Notes under the pieces: model-generated
What the model saw: the letters and a program-made list of their open reading frames with translations, nothing else
The model's database searches: none
Told to the model about the DNA's origin: nothing
Part shown: one piece after another, positions 1-8,023 of the stretch
Numbering within the stretch: the first letter of the stretch is position 1
Layout of the letters: each line of letters opens with the position of its first letter
Source of the DNA: a virus
Taxonomy: Duplodnaviria > Caudoviricetes
DNA length: 34,020 nt
Virus record (IMG/VR): IMGVR_UViG_3300005573_000208
Location: 1-34,020 of that record
Direction: 5' to 3' (one strand)
Program-made: the position numbers and the translations under genes

Positions 1-1
1 T

Positions 2-211
2 AAAGACCCGAGGAATAGGGCGGAGGCAGAGGCTATTTATCCGCTTCCGGATGGGGTCTATGAAGAGGAGCCGGATCCTATCGTCTGCGGGCAATGCGGA
101 GCAGAGATTCCGGAACTCGGCTCATTCCCGGAAAACTGGGAATGGGGCGAAGATGAAAATCTCTGTCCCGCGTGCAAAGAGGCAGGGAAGGAGGTTGAAA
201 ATGCTATTTGA
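2..211 (+). CDS. Partial (5'-truncated) small zinc-ribbon protein, not in the ORF track
   Basis: Frame 2 is open from the window edge: ...PIVCGQCGAEIP...ENLCPACKEAGKEVENAI*. The stop overlaps the ATG at 201. Confidence 0.7.
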   Translation, partial: KDPRNRAEAEAIYPLPDGVYEEEPDPIVCGQCGAEIPELGSFPENWEWGEDENLCPACKEAGKEVENAI

Positions 212-857
212 GAAATACCGCCCCAGAACCTTTGAAGATATAGTGGGACAGGAGCGTGCCGTAAAAATCCTGAAGGCGCAACTCAAGCAGGATAGGGGAG
301 CCCTCTGGCTGGAGGGCAACCCCGGCACGGGGAAGACCAGCCTTGCCTATTGCTTTATACGGGCGCTGGGCATAGACAGCCCCGGCCTTTGGACTGCGTG
401 TGTCCGGGAATATAACGGCGTGGAGTTTAATCAGGCGGTTTGTCAAACCCTAGACTTTGATCTTCAATATGTGCCCTTCGGGCCGGCAAGGGTCATTCTT
501 GTAAATGAGGCATCAGAGATGACCGCGTGGGCACGCAGCTGGCTTATGACACGCCTTGAAAAAATCCCGTCCAGAACTTGGTTCATATTTACATCTATGT
601 ATCCCTTGCTTAAAAAGGACGCGCAAGGGGAATTCTTATTTGAGGAGACGGAGTCAAAGGCTTTATCCAGCCGGATGCTAACAATAAAGCTGACTAATCA
701 GGGTCTGGCGCCAGTTTTCGCCGCTAAAGCCCATCAAATAGCCGAGGCTGAAGGGCTGAACGGCAGACCGCTGGATGATTATGTGAAACTAGCTAAAGAG
801 TGTCAAAATAATTTACGAGAGATGTTATCAAGGATAGAAGCAGGAGCTATGCTCTGA
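201..857 (+). CDS. Clamp-loader-clade AAA+ ATPase (RFC/DnaX-like), truncated
   Basis: EKYRPRTFEDIVGQ box, Walker A GNPGTGKT, atypical Walker B VILVNE, SRC-like ALSSRM. ATG 201 follows a GGAGGT SD. Confidence 0.85.
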   Translation: MLFEKYRPRTFEDIVGQERAVKILKAQLKQDRGALWLEGNPGTGKTSLAYCFIRALGIDSPGLWTACVREYNGVEFNQAVCQTLDFDLQYVPFGPARVILVNEASEMTAWARSWLMTRLEKIPSRTWFIFTSMYPLLKKDAQGEFLFEETESKALSSRMLTIKLTNQGLAPVFAAKAHQIAEAEGLNGRPLDDYVKLAKECQNNLREMLSRIEAGAML

Positions 858-920
858 TATGCTTTTATCCCGGAACGCCGACCGCAGAGGCAATGCCGGA
901 AACGGCAAGGGGGGATAAAA

Positions 921-1169
921 ATGGAGAGAAAATGGAGATTGTTGAGGGAGCAGAATGGATACGCTCTCTGGGTGTTAGAGGGCGATCCTAATGTTGGCAC
1001 GGTCACGGGCATTAGCCGAGAGCGCTGGTGCGTATATTCGGCGATGCCGGGAGATAACCCAGCCCGAGGGGGGGGAGATGGATGGCTCGTCTCTCTAACT
1101 GGGGGATCAACTATGTGGCATCTCCCTACTCTCTGGGGTATGCCAGGCGAGTTTTCAGGAGACTGGTAG
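921..1169 (+). CDS. Hypothetical protein
   Basis: ORF with purine-rich SD, in operon orientation. Confidence 0.6.
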   Translation: MERKWRLLREQNGYALWVLEGDPNVGTVTGISRERWCVYSAMPGDNPARGGGDGWLVSLTGGSTMWHLPTLWGMPGEFSGDW

Positions 1170-1235
1170 AGGACGCTAATCGGAGATATAACTATCATTT
1201 AGACGAAGCCGGGGAGACCGGCAAGGAGATTTAAA

Positions 1236-1550
1236 ATGAGCAATAATTGTAAAAAAAATTGGGAGAAAGTTCGCACTTATAAAATGACACATAATTGTTC
1301 CTGCTCTGAAGCGCGTAAGGCTCTAGGATTACCTAAAAAAGATCGTCGGCGAAGACCGGGACCTTCTTATTATTGGACGGACGCGCCTTGCAAAAATTGC
1401 GGACACTGGATTAGAAAAGAAGACCTTGACAGGTTTGGATTATGCCCGAACTGTTCGCCAGATAGGGATGAGGACGAGCCGGGATTTGATAGGGCTGATC
1501 CGCCTTTGTGGAGACAAGACCGGAAAGATTTAGAAACCGGCTCGGATTGA
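1236..1550 (+). CDS. Small zinc-finger protein with basic patch
   Basis: CKNC...CPNC, KKDRRRRP patch, AAGGAG SD. Confidence 0.7.
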   Translation: MSNNCKKNWEKVRTYKMTHNCSCSEARKALGLPKKDRRRRPGPSYYWTDAPCKNCGHWIRKEDLDRFGLCPNCSPDRDEDEPGFDRADPPLWRQDRKDLETGSD

Positions 1551-1581
1551 CTAATTTTTAAGATCATTTAGGAGAAGAGAG

Positions 1582-1806
1582 ATGACTAAATGCGCAAAAT
1601 GCGGGTTTAATATCTGGAACGGAAGCCTCTGTCCTAAATGCGCAGGGGACTGGCTGGAAAAAATGCGCAAAAGCGCAGAGGCAGAGAGAGCAGAGCAAGA
1701 GATATATTGGGCAGGCGTAGAAAGAGACCGGCAAAGGCAAAGGCTGGCTGAATTAGCAGAGGCACGGAAAAGGGAAAGAGAACAGAGAAAGGGGGAGAGA
1801 GAATGA
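1582..1806 (+). CDS. Small zinc-ribbon/coiled-coil protein
   Basis: CAKC...CPKC followed by a charged helix, AGGAG SD. Confidence 0.7.
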   Translation: MTKCAKCGFNIWNGSLCPKCAGDWLEKMRKSAEAERAEQEIYWAGVERDRQRQRLAELAEARKREREQRKGERE

Positions 1807-2033
1807 GCGATAAACTAGGACTATGTTTAAGAGCTTTTCTGGAACCGGCAATGAGAATGCCAGATGGCTCCATTAGAGTCTGGACTTGCATAGACGGACT
1901 GCAAGAATTATTTGAGATGGGCGGAGAGCTTGTCTTATTGAATATCCAGACAGGAAAAGTGGTTTTTGTAGTAGGGAAACTAGAAAAATTTAAGAAGCGT
2001 GAATCGCTTGACCTATTCCCTGCATCTAAATAA
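1803..2033 (+). CDS. Hypothetical protein
   Basis: ATGA overlap with the upstream gene. Confidence 0.6.
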   Translation: MSDKLGLCLRAFLEPAMRMPDGSIRVWTCIDGLQELFEMGGELVLLNIQTGKVVFVVGKLEKFKKRESLDLFPASK

Positions 2034-2048
2034 AATAAAAAACGAAAA

Positions 2049-3227
2049 GTGTTTGAAAATAAATACTTGAAAGCGCCCTTCCCTTATTTTGGCGGAAAGG
2101 CGATGATAGCGAACATAGTTTGGAAAGCGCTTGGACAGCCAGACCATTACCTAGAACCTTTCTTTGGCTCCGGCGCAGTGCTATTAGCGCGTCCGAGCTA
2201 TGACCCTAGAAAACATACAGAGACTATTTGTGATAAAGACGGATATGTAGCTAATGTCTGGAGAGCGTTGCAGGCTGACCCGGACGCTGTCGCAAAGGTT
2301 TGTGATTGGCCGGTGAACCACGCAGATTTGTCTGCCCGGAGAAAAAGACTTCTGGAAAATAAAAATCGCCTATTAGAAAATTTGATTGCAGATGACAAAT
2401 GGTATGATGCCGAGCTTGCAGGTTTTTGGATTTGGGCGGCAAGTTGCTGGATCGGCTCTGGATTGACTCGTATCGGCCAAAGACCGCATTTGAGCAATTC
2501 CGGAATGGGCATCCACGCCCTCGGACAGATACCTCATTTAAGTCATAAAGGCGATGGCGTTCACGCTCTCGGTAAGATACCGCATCTATGCGATAAAGAT
2601 GTAGGCGTGCATAGAATTAGCCAGACGCCTCATCTAGCAGATAAAGGCAAAGGAGTCAATGCTATCAGCGAGATACCTGATATAGGCGGAGGATTTGGGA
2701 AAGGAAAAGGCATACACACTCTCGGCAAGAGACCACAATTAGTCTGCTCAAGCCTAGAAAATACTGCTCCGGATAAAGATGTCAGAGACCCCTATAACAT
2801 TAACATTTATCGCTGGTTCCGGGTTTTATCGGAACGGCTCCGCTATGTTCGCGTGGTATGCGGCGACTGGACACGGGTATGCGGCGGAAATTGGCAGGAC
2901 TCTTTAGGCGTTTGCGGTATATTTTTTGACCCGCCCTATGGAGACCCAGACCGTGATGATGTGTATGGAGAGAATGACGATTTTGAAATTGCGCATAAGG
3001 TCAGGGAATGGTGTCTGGAACGGGGCTCAAAACCTACCTATCGGATAGTATTGGCCGGCTACGGAGAGCATAAAGAGCTTTTAGAAAACGGCTGGAGAAT
3101 GAAAGTCTGGAAAGCAGTGGGTGGTTATGGGAATATCGCAAGAGGAGAATCTAAAGGAAAACGGAATAGGTTCAGGGAAACCCTTTACTTTAGCCCCTAT
3201 TGCCTGAATAAAACCTTATTTGATTAA
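2049..3227 (+). CDS. DNA N6-adenine methyltransferase (Dam/D12 class), orphan
   Basis: PYFGGK, YLEPFFGSGAV (motif I), FFDPPY (motif IV). No adjacent restriction enzyme recognised. Confidence 0.9.
   Translation: MFENKYLKAPFPYFGGKAMIANIVWKALGQPDHYLEPFFGSGAVLLARPSYDPRKHTETICDKDGYVANVWRALQADPDAVAKVCDWPVNHADLSARRKRLLENKNRLLENLIADDKWYDAELAGFWIWAASCWIGSGLTRIGQRPHLSNSGMGIHALGQIPHLSHKGDGVHALGKIPHLCDKDVGVHRISQTPHLADKGKGVNAISEIPDIGGGFGKGKGIHTLGKRPQLVCSSLENTAPDKDVRDPYNINIYRWFRVLSERLRYVRVVCGDWTRVCGGNWQDSLGVCGIFFDPPYGDPDRDDVYGENDDFEIAHKVREWCLERGSKPTYRIVLAGYGEHKELLENGWRMKVWKAVGGYGNIARGESKGKRNRFRETLYFSPYCLNKTLFD
2475..2741 (+). repeat. Degenerate 48-bp (16-aa) tandem repeat inside the methyltransferase
   Basis: Units start at 2475, 2523, 2571, 2619, 2667 and 2724. 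Consensus (G/S)xxPHLxxxGxG(V/I)HxL. Confidence 0.9.
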
Positions 3228-3268
3228 AGATTTGAATCGTTTGAGCCAGATGATGCGTCTAAATAATA

Positions 3269-3351
3269 GACAAAAGAAAGGACAAAATTGACAATTTTTC
3301 AATTAAATCAATGAGTTATGATGGACAAGAAGTCTGACAAAATAGAGACAA
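3269..3351. promoter_or_regulatory. IHF-consensus site flanked by six GACAA direct repeats
   Basis: AATCAAtgagTTA at 3306-3318. GACAA at 3269, 3281, 3290, 3324, 3336 and 3347. Confidence 0.6.
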
Positions 3352-3394
3352 AGATGCAAATATAGCAGAAAATAGTTAAAAAGGGGGTTAAAGA

Positions 3395-3553
3395 ATGATT
3401 AAAACCATCAATGTCGGCAAAGAAAAATTTTTCAATGGCGAATATGTAGCCAAACTTTTAGACAAAATTATCAAAGACTTGCAGAGTTTGAGAGAAGAGC
3501 TAGAGAAAAAAGATGAAGAGAAAAGAGACACAGAACAAAGCTCTAGCAATTAA
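3395..3553 (+). CDS. Small hypothetical protein (52 aa), not in the ORF track
   Basis: MIKTINVGKEKFFNGEYVAKLLDKIIKDLQSLREELEKK..., with AAGGGGG upstream. Confidence 0.55.
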   Translation: MIKTINVGKEKFFNGEYVAKLLDKIIKDLQSLREELEKKDEEKRDTEQSSSN

Positions 3554-3986
3554 AGCTCGCACAGAGCTTGCTAGAGATATAGCAGAAACGCTTGGATTGC
3601 GTCCAAGCGAATTATCAGAATTGAGAATAGAGTATTTCTGGCAACTGGACGAGCATAGGAATATAGTTCCCGCCGAGATTATTTGCCTTCACGGAAACCC
3701 AATCTGTATCCCGCCTAAACTTGGCGACAAAATTTTAATGTTTATTGTGAAACATTGTGATTCGCTTTACGGTTGGCTCTTTACTAAACATAATAGTCAA
3801 AAACCTATTAGCAGATTTGGGCTTTTGGCTATGAGCAGGCGCGAGGGAGAAACCTTCAGAGAATTAAGAAATCAAGCTATCCGGAATTTTGCTCAAATAG
3901 CGAGCCGTAGAGATGTCCAGATATTTGCTCGCCTAAAAGATCGGAAATATGTAAATAAAATAGTCCGGGAGGTGAGAGAAGAATGA
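3513..3986 (+). CDS. Degenerate tyrosine-recombinase-like protein
   Basis: LGLRPSEL box I and a GWLF patch. RELR replaces HxLR, and there is no canonical H/W...Y box II. Confidence 0.65.
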   Translation: MKRKETQNKALAIKARTELARDIAETLGLRPSELSELRIEYFWQLDEHRNIVPAEIICLHGNPICIPPKLGDKILMFIVKHCDSLYGWLFTKHNSQKPISRFGLLAMSRREGETFRELRNQAIRNFAQIASRRDVQIFARLKDRKYVNKIVREVREE

Positions 3987-4561
3987 ACGCTCTACCTATA
4001 ATGAAAGTAGTTTCTATCCCAGATGAAGACATAAACCGGATTAAGGCAGTTATTCAAGACAATCCCAGGCTACAGCTATTCCTGAAAATAGCTCTTGGAA
4101 CCGGCTTGAGATTAAGAGAAATATGCTCACTGAATATAGAAGACCTCTTGACTCCAGAAAACGAAATAAAAGAAATAATCAAAGTCAAAGTCAAAGGCGG
4201 AAGAGTAGTGGATACTTGTCTCTCTGATAATGTCAGGCAAGCTATAAAAGAATATATTCAAAGTCAACAATTGAAATTGGGCGCTTTATTTATAAGCAAA
4301 CGCACAGGAAAGAGAATCACTCCAAATGGAATGTGGCGAGATTTTAGAAACGCTCAAATAAAAGCTGGGATTAAACAGCCTTATCACCCGCACCAGTTAA
4401 GGCATACTTTTGGAACTAAAATCGCCAGCCTATCTGGACAAAATCCTTATCTGGTAGCAGAGCTTATGCATCATAGATCGCTTAATACAGCTATGATATA
4501 TATTCATCTATCAGAACAGCAAAAATTTGATACACTGAATAAAGTGGGAGAACTTATATGA
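3983..4561 (+). CDS. Tyrosine recombinase, catalytic domain only
   Basis: TGLRLRE (Arg), VKGG (Lys), HQLRH, LMHH and TAMIY (Tyr) give a full catalytic set in 192 aa. Confidence 0.92.
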   Translation: MNALPIMKVVSIPDEDINRIKAVIQDNPRLQLFLKIALGTGLRLREICSLNIEDLLTPENEIKEIIKVKVKGGRVVDTCLSDNVRQAIKEYIQSQQLKLGALFISKRTGKRITPNGMWRDFRNAQIKAGIKQPYHPHQLRHTFGTKIASLSGQNPYLVAELMHHRSLNTAMIYIHLSEQQKFDTLNKVGELI

Positions 4562-4848
4562 TAAAGCCTACTCTGAAAAAATTCTGTCTTGATTATCTGA
4601 AAAGAGAGCTTGACAAAGAGCTTAAGACGATAAAAACACTGACTTATTTTAAGCCAGTTAGCAAACTATTTGTCGGAGAAGGTTCTGAATTAGTCCCGAT
4701 AGTTTTACTTAAGCTCCCAAGAAATCCAGCAATTTTTATAGGAATAAAAATCAGTCAAGAAGCTGGAGTGCAATTGATTAGACTTACGCCTCAAAATGCG
4801 ATAAAATTAGGAAAAGAGTTAGCTAAATTAGGAGAGAGCGTAAAATGA
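4558..4848 (+). CDS. Hypothetical protein
   Basis: ATGA-coupled to the recombinase. Confidence 0.65.
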   Translation: MIKPTLKKFCLDYLKRELDKELKTIKTLTYFKPVSKLFVGEGSELVPIVLLKLPRNPAIFIGIKISQEAGVQLIRLTPQNAIKLGKELAKLGESVK

Positions 4849-4868
4849 GCCATTTTTATCCTCCTTTC

Positions 4869-4941
4869 ACCAAGCTGGGGCTGGTTTGGGAAAAAGCCGA
4901 TTTCCGAAAAGCCTCTGCCACCAAGCCAGACCCCAGCTGGT
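4869..4941. other. GC-rich imperfect stem-loop (possible attenuator or processing site)
   Basis: ACCAAGCTGGGGCTGGTTTGG pairs with CCAAGCCAGACCCCAGCTGGT and is followed by an A-run. Confidence 0.6.
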
Positions 4942-4965
4942 AAAAAATAAAAGAGGTAAAAATAA

Positions 4966-5157
4966 ATGGAAAAAATATATTGCGATAGATGCCAAACAGA
5001 ATTAAAGCTTAATTCTGTTGCTAATCATTTGGAGCTTACTCTCAAGCAGGCGAAAAAAACTTTCAAAATTAAAATTAAACCTATCAAAGGGAAATTATGC
5101 CTTGACTGCATCAGAGAAATTATTGTAGAACCGGAAACGCATTGGGAAATAAAGTAA
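4966..5157 (+). CDS. Small zinc-ribbon protein
   Basis: CDRC...CLDC, GAGGT SD. Confidence 0.7.
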   Translation: MEKIYCDRCQTELKLNSVANHLELTLKQAKKTFKIKIKPIKGKLCLDCIREIIVEPETHWEIK

Positions 5158-5167
5158 AGGAGAAAAG

Positions 5168-5329
5168 ATGCCTGAAAAAAACTTAGAGGAATTAAGGAAA
5201 GAGACTGACGAGAGTCTTAAAAAACTCTTGAAACAGCTGACAGAATATAATTTACTAATTTGGCAAATGGTAAATGCAATAAAATCCGACCTAGAAGAAG
5301 TCAATAAAATTTTAAATGAGAAAAAATGA
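5168..5329 (+). CDS. Small coiled-coil protein (53 aa), not in the ORF track
   Basis: MPEKNLEELRKETDESLKKLLKQL..., AAGGAG SD, ATGA overlap with 5326. Confidence 0.7.
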   Translation: MPEKNLEELRKETDESLKKLLKQLTEYNLLIWQMVNAIKSDLEEVNKILNEKK

Positions 5330-6111
5330 ATAAGGAAATTCATCAGAGCCAGCTAAATATGCTCTTCAGATGTGGAGTTCAATATGAATTCCGATATATC
5401 AAAGGCTTAAAAATTCCGCCGAGAGCAAGTCTAATCATTGGTTCTGGAGTTCACAAAGGGGCGGAGCATTCCTTTAGAAAGAAATGGCTAGAGAAAAAGC
5501 TCCCGCCTCTGGACGAAGTTCAGGACATAGCTAGAGATGAGGTTGTCGCCAGAATAGAGCAGGAAGGGATTCTGATAGACAACGGAAATAAATCGCTTAA
5601 AGAGGTCAAAGCCGAATGCGTAGACTCAGCAACAAAACTGGCTGGATTTCATCGGCAAACTCTTGCAGAACAGATAACCCCTAAAATTCCGCCTGAGCGG
5701 GAATTCAAAGTTAAATTATCAGAGCTTAACTGGACGCTTGCTGGCAGAATAGACCTTCTGGATACAGACGGCGTTTTGAGAGACTTGAAAACTGCATCCA
5801 AATCGCCCTCTGATCAAGAGGTAAAATCCAGCCTTCAATTAACTGCTTATGCTTTACCTTTACATCTGGAGTCAAAAGAGTCAGAAATACGGGTAGCCCT
5901 TGATACGCTAGTTAATCTAAAAGCTGGACCGAAATTAGTTCAGCAAGCTGACACTAGAACGCCAGAGGATTTTAATCGGCTTCTTAAACGGATAGCAATA
6001 GCTATCAGGAGCATAGAGAGCGGGAATTTTATGCCTGCCTATCCCGGCTCTTGGTGGTGTTCAAAAGAGTGGTGCGGATATTGGGATTTATGCCCTTATA
6101 GAGGAAGATAA
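5326..6111 (+). CDS. PD-(D/E)XK exonuclease (RecB/AddB/Cas4-like) with probable Fe-S staple
   Basis: GRIDLL, DLKT and QLTAY motifs. One N-terminal Cys plus C-terminal CSKEWC...LC. Confidence 0.88.
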   Translation: MNKEIHQSQLNMLFRCGVQYEFRYIKGLKIPPRASLIIGSGVHKGAEHSFRKKWLEKKLPPLDEVQDIARDEVVARIEQEGILIDNGNKSLKEVKAECVDSATKLAGFHRQTLAEQITPKIPPEREFKVKLSELNWTLAGRIDLLDTDGVLRDLKTASKSPSDQEVKSSLQLTAYALPLHLESKESEIRVALDTLVNLKAGPKLVQQADTRTPEDFNRLLKRIAIAIRSIESGNFMPAYPGSWWCSKEWCGYWDLCPYRGR

Positions 6112-6134
6112 AAAAATAAAAGAGGAGGTCAAAA

Positions 6135-6947
6135 ATGACAAAATCAAAAGAAGAGTTTGAAGGGAAAATTCAAAAGATTGAGCAGGAACAGGCTCTTGTG
6201 GAGTCTGAACAGGCGAGAGCTGAGATGGAGGTCAAAAGCCAAATAATGCTTGCAAGGAAATTTCCAAGAAATGAGACAATGATCCGGGATAAAATCCTGC
6301 AAGCCTGCAAAAGAAGAACCTTTGCGCAAAAGGCTCTTTATTCCTATCCTAGAGGCGGAACCCAGATCATCGGTCCCTCTATCAATTTAGCGAAAGAGCT
6401 TGCACGGCTCTGGGGAAACTTGATCTATGGAATGATGATTGTAGAAGATACTGATGAGACACGAACTATTCGGGGACTCGCCTGGGATCTGGAAACTAAC
6501 ACGAGGGAATTTGATGATATTAGTTTTAAAAAGCTTGTTCAACGCAAAGGTCAGGGGTGGATCGTCCCCGATGAAAGGGATTTGAGAGAGTTAACTAATC
6601 GGCACGGGTCAATTCTGAAACGAAATGCTATTCTGAACTTGCTCCCAGCTGATTTAATTCAAGAGGCAGTAGAGACCTGCCAAAAGGCTTTATCTAAAGT
6701 GAGACCTGAAGCGATTTTAAAAGCTTTTGAGAGCCTAAATGTAGACAAAAAAACTCTTGAAGCTTATCTAGGACATCCGATTGAGGAAACTAATGAGAAT
6801 GAGAGAGCTCAATTGCAGGGAATCTATAATGCTATCAAGGACGGACAGGTAAAGCCAGAGGAAATTTTTAATACTGGAAATAAAAACCAAGAACTCATTC
6901 AGGCTGAAGTTAAAGAGAGTTTATTTGAGGAGACAAAAAATGGTTAA
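6135..6947 (+). CDS. Putative single-strand annealing/recombination protein
   Basis: Lies between the exonuclease and SSB, GGAGG SD. Function is inferred from synteny only. Confidence 0.5.
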   Translation: MTKSKEEFEGKIQKIEQEQALVESEQARAEMEVKSQIMLARKFPRNETMIRDKILQACKRRTFAQKALYSYPRGGTQIIGPSINLAKELARLWGNLIYGMMIVEDTDETRTIRGLAWDLETNTREFDDISFKKLVQRKGQGWIVPDERDLRELTNRHGSILKRNAILNLLPADLIQEAVETCQKALSKVRPEAILKAFESLNVDKKTLEAYLGHPIEETNENERAQLQGIYNAIKDGQVKPEEIFNTGNKNQELIQAEVKESLFEETKNG

Positions 6948-7359
6948 ATATAATGGATCAGTTGTAGATGAGAATGTAAAGCTGTTCAAGCCTATCCCAG
7001 CTGGAAAATATCCAGTTGTCATCAATGATATAACCGTTGCTACTACTAATAAAGGAAATGAAATGTGGAAAATACGATTTATCATCTCAGAGGGAGAATA
7101 TAGCGGACGATTTGTATTTGACAGAATTGTCTGGAGCAATAATGAATATGCGCTTGCTAGACAAAAGCAATTTCTCAAATGTTTTAACGCCTATCACGAA
7201 GGAGAATGGGAATATCATCCTCAATATCTGATTGGGAAAAAAGGAGAAGTCATAATAGAACTCGGAGAATATAACGGAAAACCTCAAAATAGAGTGCCTT
7301 TTGATGGGTATCATACTTACGCAAATAAAGAAAAAGAAGAGGAGAAGATACCATTTTGA
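6940..7359 (+). CDS. DUF669-like ssDNA-binding protein
   Basis: PIPAGKY, GEYSGRFVFD, LIGK and an acidic C-terminal tail EEEKIPF. Confidence 0.8.
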   Translation: MVKYNGSVVDENVKLFKPIPAGKYPVVINDITVATTNKGNEMWKIRFIISEGEYSGRFVFDRIVWSNNEYALARQKQFLKCFNAYHEGEWEYHPQYLIGKKGEVIIELGEYNGKPQNRVPFDGYHTYANKEKEEEKIPF

Positions 7360-8012
7360 AAATAAAAATCTTTGGAATTGGAATAGGGGTTTTAGCAATC
7401 ATTGCGATTTTGTCTTGGGCTTATTCTAGCCTGAATAACCGCTATCGGATAGCCCTGCAGACTATAGAACAGCAGAAAAAAACTATCATTCAGCTTGAAA
7501 AAGAGCGTGAGGAATGGCTAAAAAATCCTAAAATTTTAGAGGTAATAAAAACAGAAACTAAATGGAGAACTAAAATACCTCCGCCAGAGGATATACAAAA
7601 GATTTGTCAAGAGGCTATCTATAAAAGAACTGCAGAAGACCCTGAGAAAATTGTCCGGGTGATAGACGAGGATTTTCTGCATAAGCCCCCAAGCTTTGAA
7701 TTTACAGAGAAAGGCAAGAACTGGCTCCTTCAGCCAACCAAAGAATGCTTAAAATCGCTTGAGGATTGTCAAAATTCGCTTAAAAAGGCATCAAAACCTG
7801 CATTTGCTATCATTGAATACTCTTTTATAGAGTCTTATGCCTTGCCAGAACAAGCAATAACATCAGATTTATGGCTCTCTGCTAAATTTGGCGGAGATAA
7901 ATTAAGAGTCGGACCCGCAATTGGAGCAGAAATAGGACTTCTACCAGATAGCTCCGCTGAATGGACTATAAAAGCTGGTATTCAAATATCTGGAGATATT
8001 TGGAGTAGATAG
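7356..8012 (+). CDS. Membrane-anchored protein, possibly spanin-like
   Basis: N-terminal TM helix, coiled coil, and C-terminal amphipathic beta-like segments. Confidence 0.5.
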   Translation: MKIKIFGIGIGVLAIIAILSWAYSSLNNRYRIALQTIEQQKKTIIQLEKEREEWLKNPKILEVIKTETKWRTKIPPPEDIQKICQEAIYKRTAEDPEKIVRVIDEDFLHKPPSFEFTEKGKNWLLQPTKECLKSLEDCQNSLKKASKPAFAIIEYSFIESYALPEQAITSDLWLSAKFGGDKLRVGPAIGAEIGLLPDSSAEWTIKAGIQISGDIWSR

Positions 8013-8023
8013 AGAGGGGAACA

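Noticed and set aside
51-200. N-terminal extension of the AAA+ ORF
   Set aside because: It overlaps a better frame-2 zinc-ribbon gene. The SD and family motif support ATG 201.
2475-2741. CRISPR array or DGR repeat
   Set aside because: The repeats are conserved at protein level with no spacers. No reverse transcriptase or adenine-specific variation was seen.
5326-6111. cas4 as part of a CRISPR system
   Set aside because: There are no cas neighbours or array. The exonuclease-annealing-SSB context indicates phage recombination.
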